Shown: positions 27,220-37,555 of the stretch, in pieces | Layout: the number at the start of each line of letters is the position of its first letter | How positions within the stretch are numbered: the first letter of the stretch is position 1 | Source of the DNA: an uncultured Oscillospiraceae bacterium | Lineage (GTDB): Bacteria; Bacillota; Clostridia; Oscillospirales; JAAYXM01 | DNA length: 64,000 nucleotides | Assembly: GCA_934446465.1 (NCBI GenBank) | Contig: CAKSEF010000003.1 | Coordinates: 544-64,543, forward strand | Direction of reading: 5' to 3' | The notes under the pieces: generated by a model | Databases searched by the model: none | The model's input: only the letters and a program-made list of their open reading frames with translations | What the model was told of the DNA's origin: nothing | Program-made: the position numbers and the translations under genes

Positions 27220-28242
27220 GTGGTTTATATTTATATCGTTCTTGCTGTTCTCCTTTTCGGAGCACTCGTTGCAATACATGAGTTCGGTCATTTCATAACC
27301 GCCAAGCTTTCGGGCGTGCGCGTAAATGAGTTCGCCGTCGGAATGGGACCTGCAATATTAAAGAAACAATTCGGGGAGACGCTGTATTCACTTCGTATTC
27401 TTCCGTTCGGGGGCTTTTGCGCGATGGAGGGAGAGGACAGCGAATCGGAAGACCCGCGCGCATTCGGTTCGCGCCCGGTGCTGTTCAGAATTTTAATAGT
27501 TATAGCCGGCCCGATTATGAATCTTCTCGCAGGCTTTCTTGTTCTTACGATTGTGTTTGCGCCCATAAAGGAATGGTATGTACCGACTGTTGCAAACATC
27601 TCAGCCGAGCAGGGAACTCCCATATCCGACAATGCACTTCAAGCCGGCGATAGGATTACGGCGGTGGACGGATATAAGGTGTACCTCTACAACGATATAT
27701 TCGTCGGACTCACGCGAAGCAGCGGAGATACGCATACAATAGACATTATCCGGGACGGAAAAAAACGAACGCTTGAAAATGTAAAACTTGCTCAGGGCGG
27801 AGAAAAGAAGGAAGGCACAATAGAATTTGCAATAGAGAGCACGAGCTTTTTCAAAAAAGTCGGATACGTTGCGAAAAATGGCGCGAACCTCGTCCGTCTT
27901 GTCGCGGTGGGGCTTTCCGACCTCGTCTCCGGTTCGGTTTCAAAGGACGATTTGTCAGGACCCGTCGGAATAGGTAAAGTAATGGTTGATACGGCAAAGA
28001 CGAGCATGCCGTCATTATGGTATCTGCTTGCGTTTATCTCAATAAACCTCGGAATAATGAACCTGCTCCCTCTGCCCGCACTTGACGGCGGACGTCTCAT
28101 ATTTCTGCTTATAGAGCTTATATTCGGGAAAGCCGTACCCGCAAAGTATGAAGGGTATATCCACGGAGCTGGGCTTGTGCTGCTTATGCTGTTAATGCTG
28201 TTTGTAACGTATAACGACATTGTTAAGCTTTTTATTAAGTAA
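27220..28242 (+). CDS. rseP: RIP (site-2) zinc metalloprotease RseP/RasP family
   Basis: HEFGHF near the N-terminus, a PDZ-like middle region, and the C-terminal NLLPLPALDGGR motif. Confidence 0.9.
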   Translation: MVYIYIVLAVLLFGALVAIHEFGHFITAKLSGVRVNEFAVGMGPAILKKQFGETLYSLRILPFGGFCAMEGEDSESEDPRAFGSRPVLFRILIVIAGPIMNLLAGFLVLTIVFAPIKEWYVPTVANISAEQGTPISDNALQAGDRITAVDGYKVYLYNDIFVGLTRSSGDTHTIDIIRDGKKRTLENVKLAQGGEKKEGTIEFAIESTSFFKKVGYVAKNGANLVRLVAVGLSDLVSGSVSKDDLSGPVGIGKVMVDTAKTSMPSLWYLLAFISINLGIMNLLPLPALDGGRLIFLLIELIFGKAVPAKYEGYIHGAGLVLLMLLMLFVTYNDIVKLFIK

Positions 28243-28259
28243 TTGTTCGGGGAAACGAT

Positions 28260-29306
28260 ATGATTAGGAAAAATACAAGAGAAATATGTGTAGGAAACGT
28301 GAAAATCGGCGGCGGCGCTCCCGTTGCCGTGCAGTCTATGTGCAATACAGACACACGCGATGTAAAAAAGACACTTGCACAGATAGAGGAACTTGCATCG
28401 GTCGGATGTAAAATCGCACGGCTTGCAGTAATCGATAAGTCGGCGGCACACGCAATCGGGGAGATTGCGGAACATTCGCCGCTCCCGATAGTAGCCGATA
28501 TCCATTTTGATTATAAGCTCGCCCTTGAGGCCGCGGCGGCAGGCGCTTCAAAAATCAGAATCAATCCCGGCAATATCGGCGGCGATGACCGAGTACACGC
28601 AGTAGTCCGGGCGTGCACAGAGAAAAATATCCCGATAAGAATAGGCGTAAACGGCGGCTCGCTCGAACGAGACATACTTGCAAAATACGGCGTTACTGCC
28701 CGCGGAATGGTCGAGTCGGCAAAATATCACATCGCGTTGCTCAATAAATTTGATTTTGAAGATATTTGCGTGTCGGTAAAATCTTCATCGGTTCCGATGA
28801 CGGTTGAGGCTTACAGACTTCTTTCCGAGGAAGTTCCGTACCCGCTTCATGTCGGAGTAACGGAGGCGGGAACCGCGCGTATGGGAAAGATTAAGTCAGC
28901 CGTCGGAATAGGCTCTCTCCTCCTTGACGGAATCGGTGATACAATACGCGTATCGTTGACAGACAGCCCGGTTCTCGAGGTCGAGACGGCATATGATATT
29001 CTTCGCTCGCTCGGACTTGAAAACAACAGTCCGGAGCTTGTTTCGTGTCCGACATGCGGAAGATGTATGATAAATCTTATCGAAATCGCAAAAGAGGTTG
29101 AAAAACGGCTTTTGTCAATCAATAAGCCTATTAAGGTCGCTGTAATGGGATGCGTGGTGAACGGTCCGGGTGAGGCTTCTGAAGCGGATATAGGCATAGC
29201 GGGAGGAAAGAACGTAGGACTTCTCTTCCGACACGGCGAGATAGTAAAAAAAGTTCCTATGTGCGATATAGTAGATGAACTTATGAGTATGGCGGAAGAG
29301 CTTTAG
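28260..29306 (+). CDS. ispG: 4-hydroxy-3-methylbut-2-en-1-yl diphosphate synthase (flavodoxin)
   Basis: VQSMCNTDT, RINPGNIG, SCPTCGR and GCVVNGPGE motifs. Confidence 0.95.
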   Translation: MIRKNTREICVGNVKIGGGAPVAVQSMCNTDTRDVKKTLAQIEELASVGCKIARLAVIDKSAAHAIGEIAEHSPLPIVADIHFDYKLALEAAAAGASKIRINPGNIGGDDRVHAVVRACTEKNIPIRIGVNGGSLERDILAKYGVTARGMVESAKYHIALLNKFDFEDICVSVKSSSVPMTVEAYRLLSEEVPYPLHVGVTEAGTARMGKIKSAVGIGSLLLDGIGDTIRVSLTDSPVLEVETAYDILRSLGLENNSPELVSCPTCGRCMINLIEIAKEVEKRLLSINKPIKVAVMGCVVNGPGEASEADIGIAGGKNVGLLFRHGEIVKKVPMCDIVDELMSMAEEL

Positions 29307-29315
29307 GAAAAAATT

Positions 29316-32300
29316 ATGGATAACGAAGAAAAGATGCGGTTCGGCAGTGTTTTCAAGCTCGATGATTCGGCAATCGCACCGTTTTGCGATATGCCAATCA
29401 ATAAGCTTGTAGCCGACAAAACAGAAAACAGAATAACAGTGCAGATTAAAGCCGAACGGCTCATACCGCCCTCGGCGGTTTTTTGTGCGGAAAAAGCAAT
29501 AAAAGAACGTTACAGGTTAAACTCTGTGAAAATAATTCCCAACTACGAAAAAGAGCTTTTAAACGACGAATTTTTTTCTTTCCTTGACGAGAGCATAAGA
29601 ATCGCCTTTCCCTCGGCAACCGGGCATTTGAGCGGTGCAGTGTGGAGCTTTGACGGCGAACGCACGGTAACGTTAAAGCTCAGAAAGGGGCTGAACGGCT
29701 TCTTTGACTCATGCGTAAAATTTATAAGGTCAACTATTGAGGCGGAATTTTCCATGTGCGCGGATGTGCGTGTTGAGTCAGGAACGGGGGAAGATGTATC
29801 CGCCGAGGAGAGGATACAAAGCATAAAAAAGCAGATAGAGCAGGAGGCACACGCCTCTGAATCAAAGCCGAAACCAAAGCGTGATACACACACGGAGTAC
29901 AAAAGTACAGCGAGTAGTGAGAAGGAAAGCCGCTTTTCGGGACATAAAAAACTAAACCCGGAGGACGGAGATGTAGTAATAGGAAAATCTGCGTTCGGAG
30001 AGTATATGCCGATAAATGAAATAGAGAGTGCTTTCGGCGATATCTCGGTAAAAGGTGAAATATTTGCGACTGAAACAAAGAAGTTCGAGGAACGCGGAAC
30101 AGCAATCGTCAGCTTTGATATGACGGATTATAAAGGCTCCGTGCGTGTTGTTGTGCGCGGAGTAAAGCTTGATGACTTGTCGGAAGTTGAAGGGAAACTG
30201 AAAAAGGGAGCATATGTCTTTGTCTACGGAAGCACGCAGTACGATACATATTTGCGGGATACGATAATACGTCCGAGAAATATAGTTGTCGGAAAAGCAA
30301 AATACAGGGAAGACAAAAGCATAGAGAAGCGCGTTGAACTTCATATGCACACAAATATGTCAACAATGGACGGAATAACCCCTGCGGATAAGCTCATAAA
30401 ACGCGCAGCAGATTGGGGACACAAGGCTGTGGCAATAACGGACCACGGCGTGGTGCAGGCGTTCCCCGATGCAATGAAAGCCGGACCGAAATACGGAGTG
30501 AAGATAATTTACGGCGTGGAGGCATATTACAGCGGAAGCCGTGAAGCGGGAATTGTAACGGGCGATGTAGATGCCGATTTTTCGGGCGAATTTGTCTGCC
30601 TTGATATCGAGACTACGGGACTTTATAAAAAAACATGCAAAATTATCGAAATAGCTGCGGCTATCCTGAAGAACGGCGAAGTGTGCGAAAAGTTTCAAAC
30701 GTATGTAAATCCAAATTGCGCAATACCCGAAAAGATAACCGAGCTTACGGGAATATCAAACGGTACTGTGGCAGACGCTCCGACAATAGAAAACGCATTA
30801 AAAAACTTCCTTGAGTTTGCGGGAGAACGTCCGATTGTCGCGCATAACGCCGAATTTGACGTCGGCTTTATCGCCGAGGCATGCGCAGAACAGGGAATAG
30901 AACGCAATTTCAGATATATAGATACGCTTGAGCTGTCAAGGCGTGTTTTGCCGGATATTAAAAACCACAAGCTGGATACGGTTGCGAAAGCGCTTTCTCT
31001 GCCAAAGTTTGAACATCATCGCGCGCTTGACGATGCGCTTACAGCGGCATTTATTGCGCGTGCTATTTTTGCGAAGCTCCGTGAGGAACGCGGACTTACA
31101 AATGTGTCCGCGCTCGATTCCGAGCTAAAGAAAAAGGGTTCGGGAAAGACTAACAGATTTCATATGATTATCCTCGTGAAAAATTACACGGGGCTAAAAA
31201 ATCTGTATAAGCTTGTATCACTCTCGCATCTTAAGTACTTCAACAAGCGCCCGATTATCCCCAAAAACGAACTTGAAGCACTGCGTGAGGGATTGATAAT
31301 CGGGTCGGCATGTGAAGCGGGTGAGCTTTATAGGGCTGTTGTTGCGGGAGAAAAGCGCAGTGAGCTTCTTAAAATAGCGTCTTTCTATGATTTCTTGGAA
31401 ATACAGCCCGTGGAGAATAATGCGTTTATGATAGAAAACGGCATTGCCTCATCATTTGACGATATACGCGAGTTCAACAAAACGATAGTGAGACTTGCAA
31501 GGGAACTGAAAAAAGACGTTGTTGCAACGGGGGACGTTCATTTCCTCGAACCGCATGACGAGGTGTACCGCAGGGTGCTTATGGCGGGAAAGAACTTCTC
31601 GGATGCGGATAATCAGGCTCCTCTCTACTTTAAGAGTACGGATGAAATGCTTGCTGAGTTTTCATATCTCGGCGAGGAGACGGCACGCGAGGTTGTAATA
31701 ACAAATCCGAATAAAATTGCGGATATGTGCGATGATATACGTCCGATACCGGAAGGACAGTATCCGCCGTCAATTGAAGGCTCGAAAGATGAGCTTAAAC
31801 GCCTCTGCTATGAAAAGGCGTATGAGCTCTACGGTGAAACTCTCCCCGATGCAGTGCGCGAAAGGCTTGAGTACGAGCTTTCAAAGATTATCGGACATGA
31901 TTTCGACGTTATGTACATGATTGCGCAGAAGCTTGTTACAAAGTCGGTATCAGACGGATATCTTGTCGGCTCACGAGGTTCCGTCGGCTCATCGTTCGTT
32001 GCGTTTTTGTCGGGAATAACAGAAGTAAACGCATTGCCGCCGCACTACCGATGCCCCGAGTGCAAGGCGTCGGTGTTCGATATAGAAGGCGATTATGCCG
32101 TCGGCGCAGACCTGCCTGACCATGTGTGCGAAAAATGCGGGTATAAGATGATTAAAGACGGATTCAATATTCCGTTCCAGACTTTCCTCGGTTTTGACGG
32201 CGACAAAACTCCCGATATAGACTTAAACTTCTCCGGCGAGTATCAGTCTACGGCGCACGGACAGGTTATCGACCTGTTCGGCGAAGGACACGTATTCCGA

Positions 32301-33635
32301 GCGGGAACGATAGGAACGGTCGCGGACAAAACGGCATACGGGTATGTGAAAAAGTATGCGGCGGAGCGCGGACTCAATATGACGCGCGCCGAGGAGAACA
32401 GAATAACAATCGGATGCACGGGAATAAAGCGAACAACGGGTCAGCACCCGGGCGGTGTAATGATAGTACCTAAGGATAAGGAAATATATGATTTTACGCC
32501 TATCCAGCATCCGGCAGACGATAAGGATTCGGATATAATAACAACGCACTTTGATTACCATTCCATACACGATAATCTGCTGAAGCTCGATATGCTCGGA
32601 CACGATGACCCGACCATAATAAGAATGCTCGAGGATTTGACAGGCTGCAACGCGCGGGCGATACCGCTTGACGACCCCGACACGATGAGCATATTCACAA
32701 GCCTTGATTCACTCGGAATAGAAGAGGATGAAATAATAGGAAAAACGGGAAGCGTAGCCATACCCGAGTTCGGCACGCAGTTCGTGCGCGGAATGCTCCT
32801 TGATACAAGACCGACGACGTTTGACGAGCTCATACGTATATCGGGACTTTCTCACGGAACGGACGTTTGGCTGAATAATGCACAGACGCTCGTACGAAGC
32901 GGAACGGCAACCCTCCGCGAGGTAATATGCTGCCGAGACGATATCATGCTGTATCTCATAAGCTGCGGGGTAGAGCCTAAGCTGTCGTTTACCATAATGG
33001 AAAGCGTGCGTAAAGGCAAGGGTCTGAAACCCGAATGGATAGAGGAAATGGAAAAGAACAACGTTCCGCAATGGTATATCGATTCGTGCAAGAAGATTAA
33101 GTATATGTTCCCCAAGGCGCATGCTGCCGCATATGTAATGATGGCGTTCAGAATTGCATGGTTTAAGGTACACCACCCAAAGGCGTTCTATGCCGCATAT
33201 TTTTCAATAAGGGCAAAGGCATTTGACGCGGCGGTCATGACAAACGGGGACGACGTCGTGCTGTCAAAAATGCAGGAACTCAACGCCATGGAGAAAAAGA
33301 CGCAAAAGGAAGAGAATATGCTCGTAACGCTCGAAGTCTGCCATGAGTTTTATAAGCGCGGATTTAAATTTGAGCCGATAGACATCTACGAGTCGGATAC
33401 GAAAAAGTTCCTCATTACAGAGAACGGACTTCGTCCGCCGTTTACGGCGATAGGCGGTCTCGGTGAGATAGCTGCCCAAAACATTGTAGACGCGCGCCAA
33501 AACGGAAAGTTTATGTCGGTTGAGGAAATTCAGACGCGCTGCAGTAAGGTCTCAAAGGGCGTAATAGAGATGCTCTCGTCAAATAATGTCCTGAAGGATA
33601 TTCCGAATACAAGCCAGATTTCGCTTTTTGGCTGA
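29316..33635 (+). CDS. polC: DNA polymerase III PolC-type (Gram-positive replicative polymerase with an intrinsic 3'-5' exonuclease)
   Basis: 1439 aa. PHP domain (VELHMHTNMS), DEDD exonuclease (CLDIETTGL...HNAEFDVGF...HRALDDA), a Zn finger (CPECK...CEKCG) and a polymerase core. Confidence 0.97.
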   Translation: MDNEEKMRFGSVFKLDDSAIAPFCDMPINKLVADKTENRITVQIKAERLIPPSAVFCAEKAIKERYRLNSVKIIPNYEKELLNDEFFSFLDESIRIAFPSATGHLSGAVWSFDGERTVTLKLRKGLNGFFDSCVKFIRSTIEAEFSMCADVRVESGTGEDVSAEERIQSIKKQIEQEAHASESKPKPKRDTHTEYKSTASSEKESRFSGHKKLNPEDGDVVIGKSAFGEYMPINEIESAFGDISVKGEIFATETKKFEERGTAIVSFDMTDYKGSVRVVVRGVKLDDLSEVEGKLKKGAYVFVYGSTQYDTYLRDTIIRPRNIVVGKAKYREDKSIEKRVELHMHTNMSTMDGITPADKLIKRAADWGHKAVAITDHGVVQAFPDAMKAGPKYGVKIIYGVEAYYSGSREAGIVTGDVDADFSGEFVCLDIETTGLYKKTCKIIEIAAAILKNGEVCEKFQTYVNPNCAIPEKITELTGISNGTVADAPTIENALKNFLEFAGERPIVAHNAEFDVGFIAEACAEQGIERNFRYIDTLELSRRVLPDIKNHKLDTVAKALSLPKFEHHRALDDALTAAFIARAIFAKLREERGLTNVSALDSELKKKGSGKTNRFHMIILVKNYTGLKNLYKLVSLSHLKYFNKRPIIPKNELEALREGLIIGSACEAGELYRAVVAGEKRSELLKIASFYDFLEIQPVENNAFMIENGIASSFDDIREFNKTIVRLARELKKDVVATGDVHFLEPHDEVYRRVLMAGKNFSDADNQAPLYFKSTDEMLAEFSYLGEETAREVVITNPNKIADMCDDIRPIPEGQYPPSIEGSKDELKRLCYEKAYELYGETLPDAVRERLEYELSKIIGHDFDVMYMIAQKLVTKSVSDGYLVGSRGSVGSSFVAFLSGITEVNALPPHYRCPECKASVFDIEGDYAVGADLPDHVCEKCGYKMIKDGFNIPFQTFLGFDGDKTPDIDLNFSGEYQSTAHGQVIDLFGEGHVFRAGTIGTVADKTAYGYVKKYAAERGLNMTRAEENRITIGCTGIKRTTGQHPGGVMIVPKDKEIYDFTPIQHPADDKDSDIITTHFDYHSIHDNLLKLDMLGHDDPTIIRMLEDLTGCNARAIPLDDPDTMSIFTSLDSLGIEEDEIIGKTGSVAIPEFGTQFVRGMLLDTRPTTFDELIRISGLSHGTDVWLNNAQTLVRSGTATLREVICCRDDIMLYLISCGVEPKLSFTIMESVRKGKGLKPEWIEEMEKNNVPQWYIDSCKKIKYMFPKAHAAAYVMMAFRIAWFKVHHPKAFYAAYFSIRAKAFDAAVMTNGDDVVLSKMQELNAMEKKTQKEENMLVTLEVCHEFYKRGFKFEPIDIYESDTKKFLITENGLRPPFTAIGGLGEIAAQNIVDARQNGKFMSVEEIQTRCSKVSKGVIEMLSSNNVLKDIPNTSQISLFG

Positions 33636-33703
33636 TAAAATACTTTTTCTTGCAAAAATGCACGAAATATGTTATCTTATATGCGATACATATATGAGGT
33701 GAG

Positions 33704-34165
33704 GTGAAAAGTGTGCGTTTTTTGACAATAACGCTTGAAAATGTAAAAAATGCCGCGATGATATTTGTCGGAACGGCAAATAAGGCCCCGTGGAACGGTC
33801 AATGGACGTATTCATCCGCATACGCACGTCTTTTTGCCATTGCAAAAGCACCGGGATTTATGGGTTATATCACAATGGACAATAACGGACTTCCGTGCGG
33901 GTTCATAATGGGTAATATGAAGAACCGTTCAGACGGAAGAAACGATTTCCGAATACAGGAGATATGTTACCCGCACTCACCGGCAGGAGATATGTACGCA
34001 AAAAAAACCATTGAACATATGACGGAACAGCTTGTCCGCCAGCACGTCATAAGGATAGTGTATATTGACGAGGGCGGGGAAGGCGTGTCAAGCTACTTTG
34101 ACTCTCTTAATTTCACGAGAACCGAGAGCGTAGTCGCCGCCGAAAAAGTGATATCAAATGAATAA
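33704..34165 (+). CDS. hypothetical protein, possibly a divergent GNAT-fold protein
   Basis: 153-aa ORF with GNAT-like size and strand pattern but no clear acetyl-CoA motif (Q/RxxGxG/A). Start is either GTG 33704 or GTG 33713, after GAGGTGAGGTG. Confidence 0.4.
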   Translation: MKSVRFLTITLENVKNAAMIFVGTANKAPWNGQWTYSSAYARLFAIAKAPGFMGYITMDNNGLPCGFIMGNMKNRSDGRNDFRIQEICYPHSPAGDMYAKKTIEHMTEQLVRQHVIRIVYIDEGGEGVSSYFDSLNFTRTESVVAAEKVISNE

Positions 34166-34249
34166 ATTACCCGTATAATAAATTTGTTCTTGATTTTCCG
34201 ACGAAATGTGGTAAACTATAATGTGTTATAAAAGTAAGGAGATGTTTGT

Positions 34250-35179
34250 ATGCCACTCGTAACCTCAACAGAAATGTTCAAGAAAGCATATGAGGGCGGA
34301 TACGCCATCGGCGCTTTCAACGTAAACAACATGGAAATTGTCCAGGGTATCACGGAAGCTGCCAAGGAAGTTAATTCCCCGATAATCCTTCAGGTTTCCG
34401 CGGGAGCAAGAAAATATGCGAAGCATGTATATCTCATGAAGCTCATCGAAGCCGCTATTGAGGATACAGACCTTCCGATTTGTGTTCACCTCGACCACGG
34501 CGACAGCTTTGAAATTTGCAAGTCGTGCATCGACGGCGGATTCACTTCCGTTATGATAGACGGCTCTAAATATTCTTTTGAAGAGAATATCGAGCTTACA
34601 AAAAAAGTCGTAGAGTATGCTCATGAGCGCGGAGTCGTAGTAGAGGGCGAGCTCGGAAAGCTTGCCGGAATCGAGGACGATGTAAACGTTTCGGCAGAGG
34701 ACGCACAGTACACAAACCCTGCCGAGGTTGAAGAGTTTGTTACACGCACGGGCGTTGACTCTCTTGCTATCGCAATCGGTACAAGCCACGGGGCATATAA
34801 GTTCAAAGGCACCCCGAGACTTCGTTTTGATATACTTGAGGAAGTTTCAAAGCGCCTCCCGAAGTACCCGATTGTTCTTCACGGCGCATCGTCAGTCATC
34901 CCCGAGTATGTTGAAATGATTAATGCAAACGGCGGAAATATGCCGGGCGCACAGGGCGTTCCCGAGGAAATGCTCCGCAAGGCGGCAGGCATGGCAGTAT
35001 GTAAGATTAATATCGACTCTGATATTCGCCTTGCTATGACGGGCACAATCCGTAAGTACTTCAATGAGCATCCGGACCATTTTGACCCGCGTCAGTACCT
35101 CTCTCCGGCACGCGCTAACATCAAGGAGCTTGTAAAGCACAAGATAGTAAGCGTTCTCGGAAGCAACGACAAAATATAA
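34250..35179 (+). CDS. fba: class II fructose-1,6-bisphosphate aldolase
   Basis: GAFNVNNME, VHLDHG, LHGASS and other class II FBA motifs. AAGGAG RBS. Strong terminator downstream. Confidence 0.95.
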   Translation: MPLVTSTEMFKKAYEGGYAIGAFNVNNMEIVQGITEAAKEVNSPIILQVSAGARKYAKHVYLMKLIEAAIEDTDLPICVHLDHGDSFEICKSCIDGGFTSVMIDGSKYSFEENIELTKKVVEYAHERGVVVEGELGKLAGIEDDVNVSAEDAQYTNPAEVEEFVTRTGVDSLAIAIGTSHGAYKFKGTPRLRFDILEEVSKRLPKYPIVLHGASSVIPEYVEMINANGGNMPGAQGVPEEMLRKAAGMAVCKINIDSDIRLAMTGTIRKYFNEHPDHFDPRQYLSPARANIKELVKHKIVSVLGSNDKI

Positions 35180-35194
35180 GTCGTAATCAGAAAA

Positions 35195-35237
35195 ACGGCA
35201 ATTTGCAGGTTTCTGCAAATTGCCGTAGTTGTTTTTT
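35195..35237 (+). terminator. intrinsic terminator of fba
   Basis: A perfect 14-bp stem ACGGCAATTTGCAG / CTGCAAATTGCCGT with a 4-nt loop, followed by AGTTGTTTTTT. Confidence 0.85.
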
Positions 35238-35261
35238 GTGAGAGAATTTGTCATTTTGTGA

Positions 35262-37544
35262 GTGGATTTTACATTGAAGAACAGAGTTTTGGTATCATTC
35301 GGAGTCGCATTTATTTTTACAGCGATTGCATGCACTGTTTGTAACAGTGCATTATCAGTTTTATTGACGTCTGCCGTGTTTTTCGGATTTGTTATATTGC
35401 TGACGCGAATCCCTTCGTATCGCAGGTGCGCGTGGGTTATGATAGCAGCCGCTGTCTTGTGTATAATCTGGCAGACGTTCTACTGTTCTGTGTCGGCACT
35501 CCCGCGCGAGGTTCTGGAGAAAAGTAAATTCGAATCAGAACTCAGGGTGTGTTCATACAGTGAGGAAACAGACAGAAATAATATTACATTCCGCGCAGAA
35601 ATTCTGTGCGGCGGCCTGCGGAAACCGCAGGTTATAGTAAATACGGACGCAGTTCCGAATAACCTGCGCCCGGGTGATGTTATAACGGCGGTAATTTCTA
35701 TAAACGAGTTGGATGAAGAAGGTTTTCCGAGTCAGAAGTCGTACTACAGGTCTCGGGGAGTGTCGGCTTTTGCGTATGCAAAGAATATAAGGCTGAGCCG
35801 GCGCGCCGATACCGTACCGCTGAGGTTTATTCCCGAATACCTCTCAAATCAGTTCAAAAATAAGATGGACTCGCTGTATGACGCGGACACATCGGCATTT
35901 CTCCGTTCACTCATATTGGGAGATAAGAGCAAACTGTCCGATGCGGATTACAATAATCTGCGCAGAACAGGTATGCTCCATGCAATGGCGGTCTCGGGTC
36001 TGCATATATCACTCATTGCGGGGCTGCTCATTAAAATTCTGCGGAAGCATAAATTGCGGCTTATAATAATTCCGATAATATTTTTATTCGGTTTGATTGT
36101 CGGAGCACCGCAATCCGCTATGCGCGCGGTTATAATGCAGTCAATGATAATTATTGCACCTCTTCTGAAACGGGAATACGACCCTTTGACCGCGTTGTTC
36201 ACGGCAGGAATTATCCTTGTCGCGCAAAACCCTTATTGCGCGTCAGATGCAGGATTTCTCTTGTCTTTCTCAGCAACGTTCGGAATAATCGTTTTATCGG
36301 GCAAAATATATTCGGCAATCATATCGGGAATACAAATAAAAAACAGGCGGATAAAACGTACCCTCCTCGGACTTTGTGCGACAATTTCGGTATCATTGTC
36401 GGCAGGGGTTTTCACATTCCCGATTTTGTGTTATACTTATGCCAGCGTATCAATTATAGCACCGTTTTCAAATATGATACTTGATACATTTATTACCTTG
36501 GCATTCACGTTCGGCATCATAGGCACAATTCTCGGAATTGTCTGCACACCGCTTGCGAAACTTTTTGGTGTCGGCACGGCTGCGGTTTGTAAAACTGCAA
36601 GAGTTATTTCTTCGTGGCTTGCGTCAATACCGTTTGCCGAAATCTATACGGGCTCGCCCTCATGGATTATACTGTCACTTTATATAATAGTGATGTTTAT
36701 AGCTGTATTTATTTTCGGAACAGACCGCATTCGGCGCAGTATCATCTGTATCGGAGCATCGGTTGCTGTCTGCGCCGGAATAGCAATATCCGCAAACTCT
36801 GCGGCAACGGCAGAGCAGGACAAAGTCCGTTTTGACGTACTTGATGTCGGTCAGGGCGAATGCGTGTACATAACTCACGGGCATGATTGCGTGATAGTTG
36901 ACTGCGGTGGAAGTAAGGATGCCTGCAATGCCGTTCGCGCTCAAATGCTCAAACTCGGTGTAGATAAGATAGACGCGCTGATATTTACGCATATGCACGA
37001 TGACCATACAAACGGGGCAAAACGTCTGATAGGGATTTCCGAAGTCGAAAAGATTTATATTCCGGAGGCAGACAGAACATCGGAAGGAACCCATAAAATT
37101 CTCGGCAGCGCAAGCGATAAAGACGTGGTCTATGTTGATGAGGATACAGAGCTTGAGGTCGGAGAAATAAAGGTCAAGATGATGGTGTTCCAAGATGATG
37201 AATACGAATATTCGGACGATGAAAACGAAAACGGCATGGTCGTAATTGTCGGGACCGATGATTATAAAACAATGATAACCGGCGATTTGCCGTCCGACTA
37301 TGAGTATGAAATATTGGACGAAGTTCCCGACTGCAACGCGTTTGTTGCAGGACATCACGGGGCGGATACGTCAAACTCTCTCGCTTTCCTCGATAAAATT
37401 CTTCCCGAAATTGTCGTTGTATCCGTCGGAAAAGATAACAACTACGGCCACCCGTCGGACAGCACGCTCTGCCGTTTTAAAAATATAGGTTCAACCGTAT
37501 ACAGAACCGACCTTGACGGGACGGTTACTTTCGTTTCCGGTTAG
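35262..37544 (+). CDS. comEC: DNA internalization competence protein ComEC/Rec2 (competence membrane domain plus C-terminal metallo-beta-lactamase domain)
   Basis: 760-aa polytopic protein with the competence-domain motif (RRTGMLHAMAVSGLHISLI) and a C-terminal MBL domain (DVGQGECV...THMHDDHTNG). Start codon uncertain. Confidence 0.85.
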   Translation: MDFTLKNRVLVSFGVAFIFTAIACTVCNSALSVLLTSAVFFGFVILLTRIPSYRRCAWVMIAAAVLCIIWQTFYCSVSALPREVLEKSKFESELRVCSYSEETDRNNITFRAEILCGGLRKPQVIVNTDAVPNNLRPGDVITAVISINELDEEGFPSQKSYYRSRGVSAFAYAKNIRLSRRADTVPLRFIPEYLSNQFKNKMDSLYDADTSAFLRSLILGDKSKLSDADYNNLRRTGMLHAMAVSGLHISLIAGLLIKILRKHKLRLIIIPIIFLFGLIVGAPQSAMRAVIMQSMIIIAPLLKREYDPLTALFTAGIILVAQNPYCASDAGFLLSFSATFGIIVLSGKIYSAIISGIQIKNRRIKRTLLGLCATISVSLSAGVFTFPILCYTYASVSIIAPFSNMILDTFITLAFTFGIIGTILGIVCTPLAKLFGVGTAAVCKTARVISSWLASIPFAEIYTGSPSWIILSLYIIVMFIAVFIFGTDRIRRSIICIGASVAVCAGIAISANSAATAEQDKVRFDVLDVGQGECVYITHGHDCVIVDCGGSKDACNAVRAQMLKLGVDKIDALIFTHMHDDHTNGAKRLIGISEVEKIYIPEADRTSEGTHKILGSASDKDVVYVDEDTELEVGEIKVKMMVFQDDEYEYSDDENENGMVVIVGTDDYKTMITGDLPSDYEYEILDEVPDCNAFVAGHHGADTSNSLAFLDKILPEIVVVSVGKDNNYGHPSDSTLCRFKNIGSTVYRTDLDGTVTFVSG

Positions 37545-37555
37545 GAGGAAAATTT

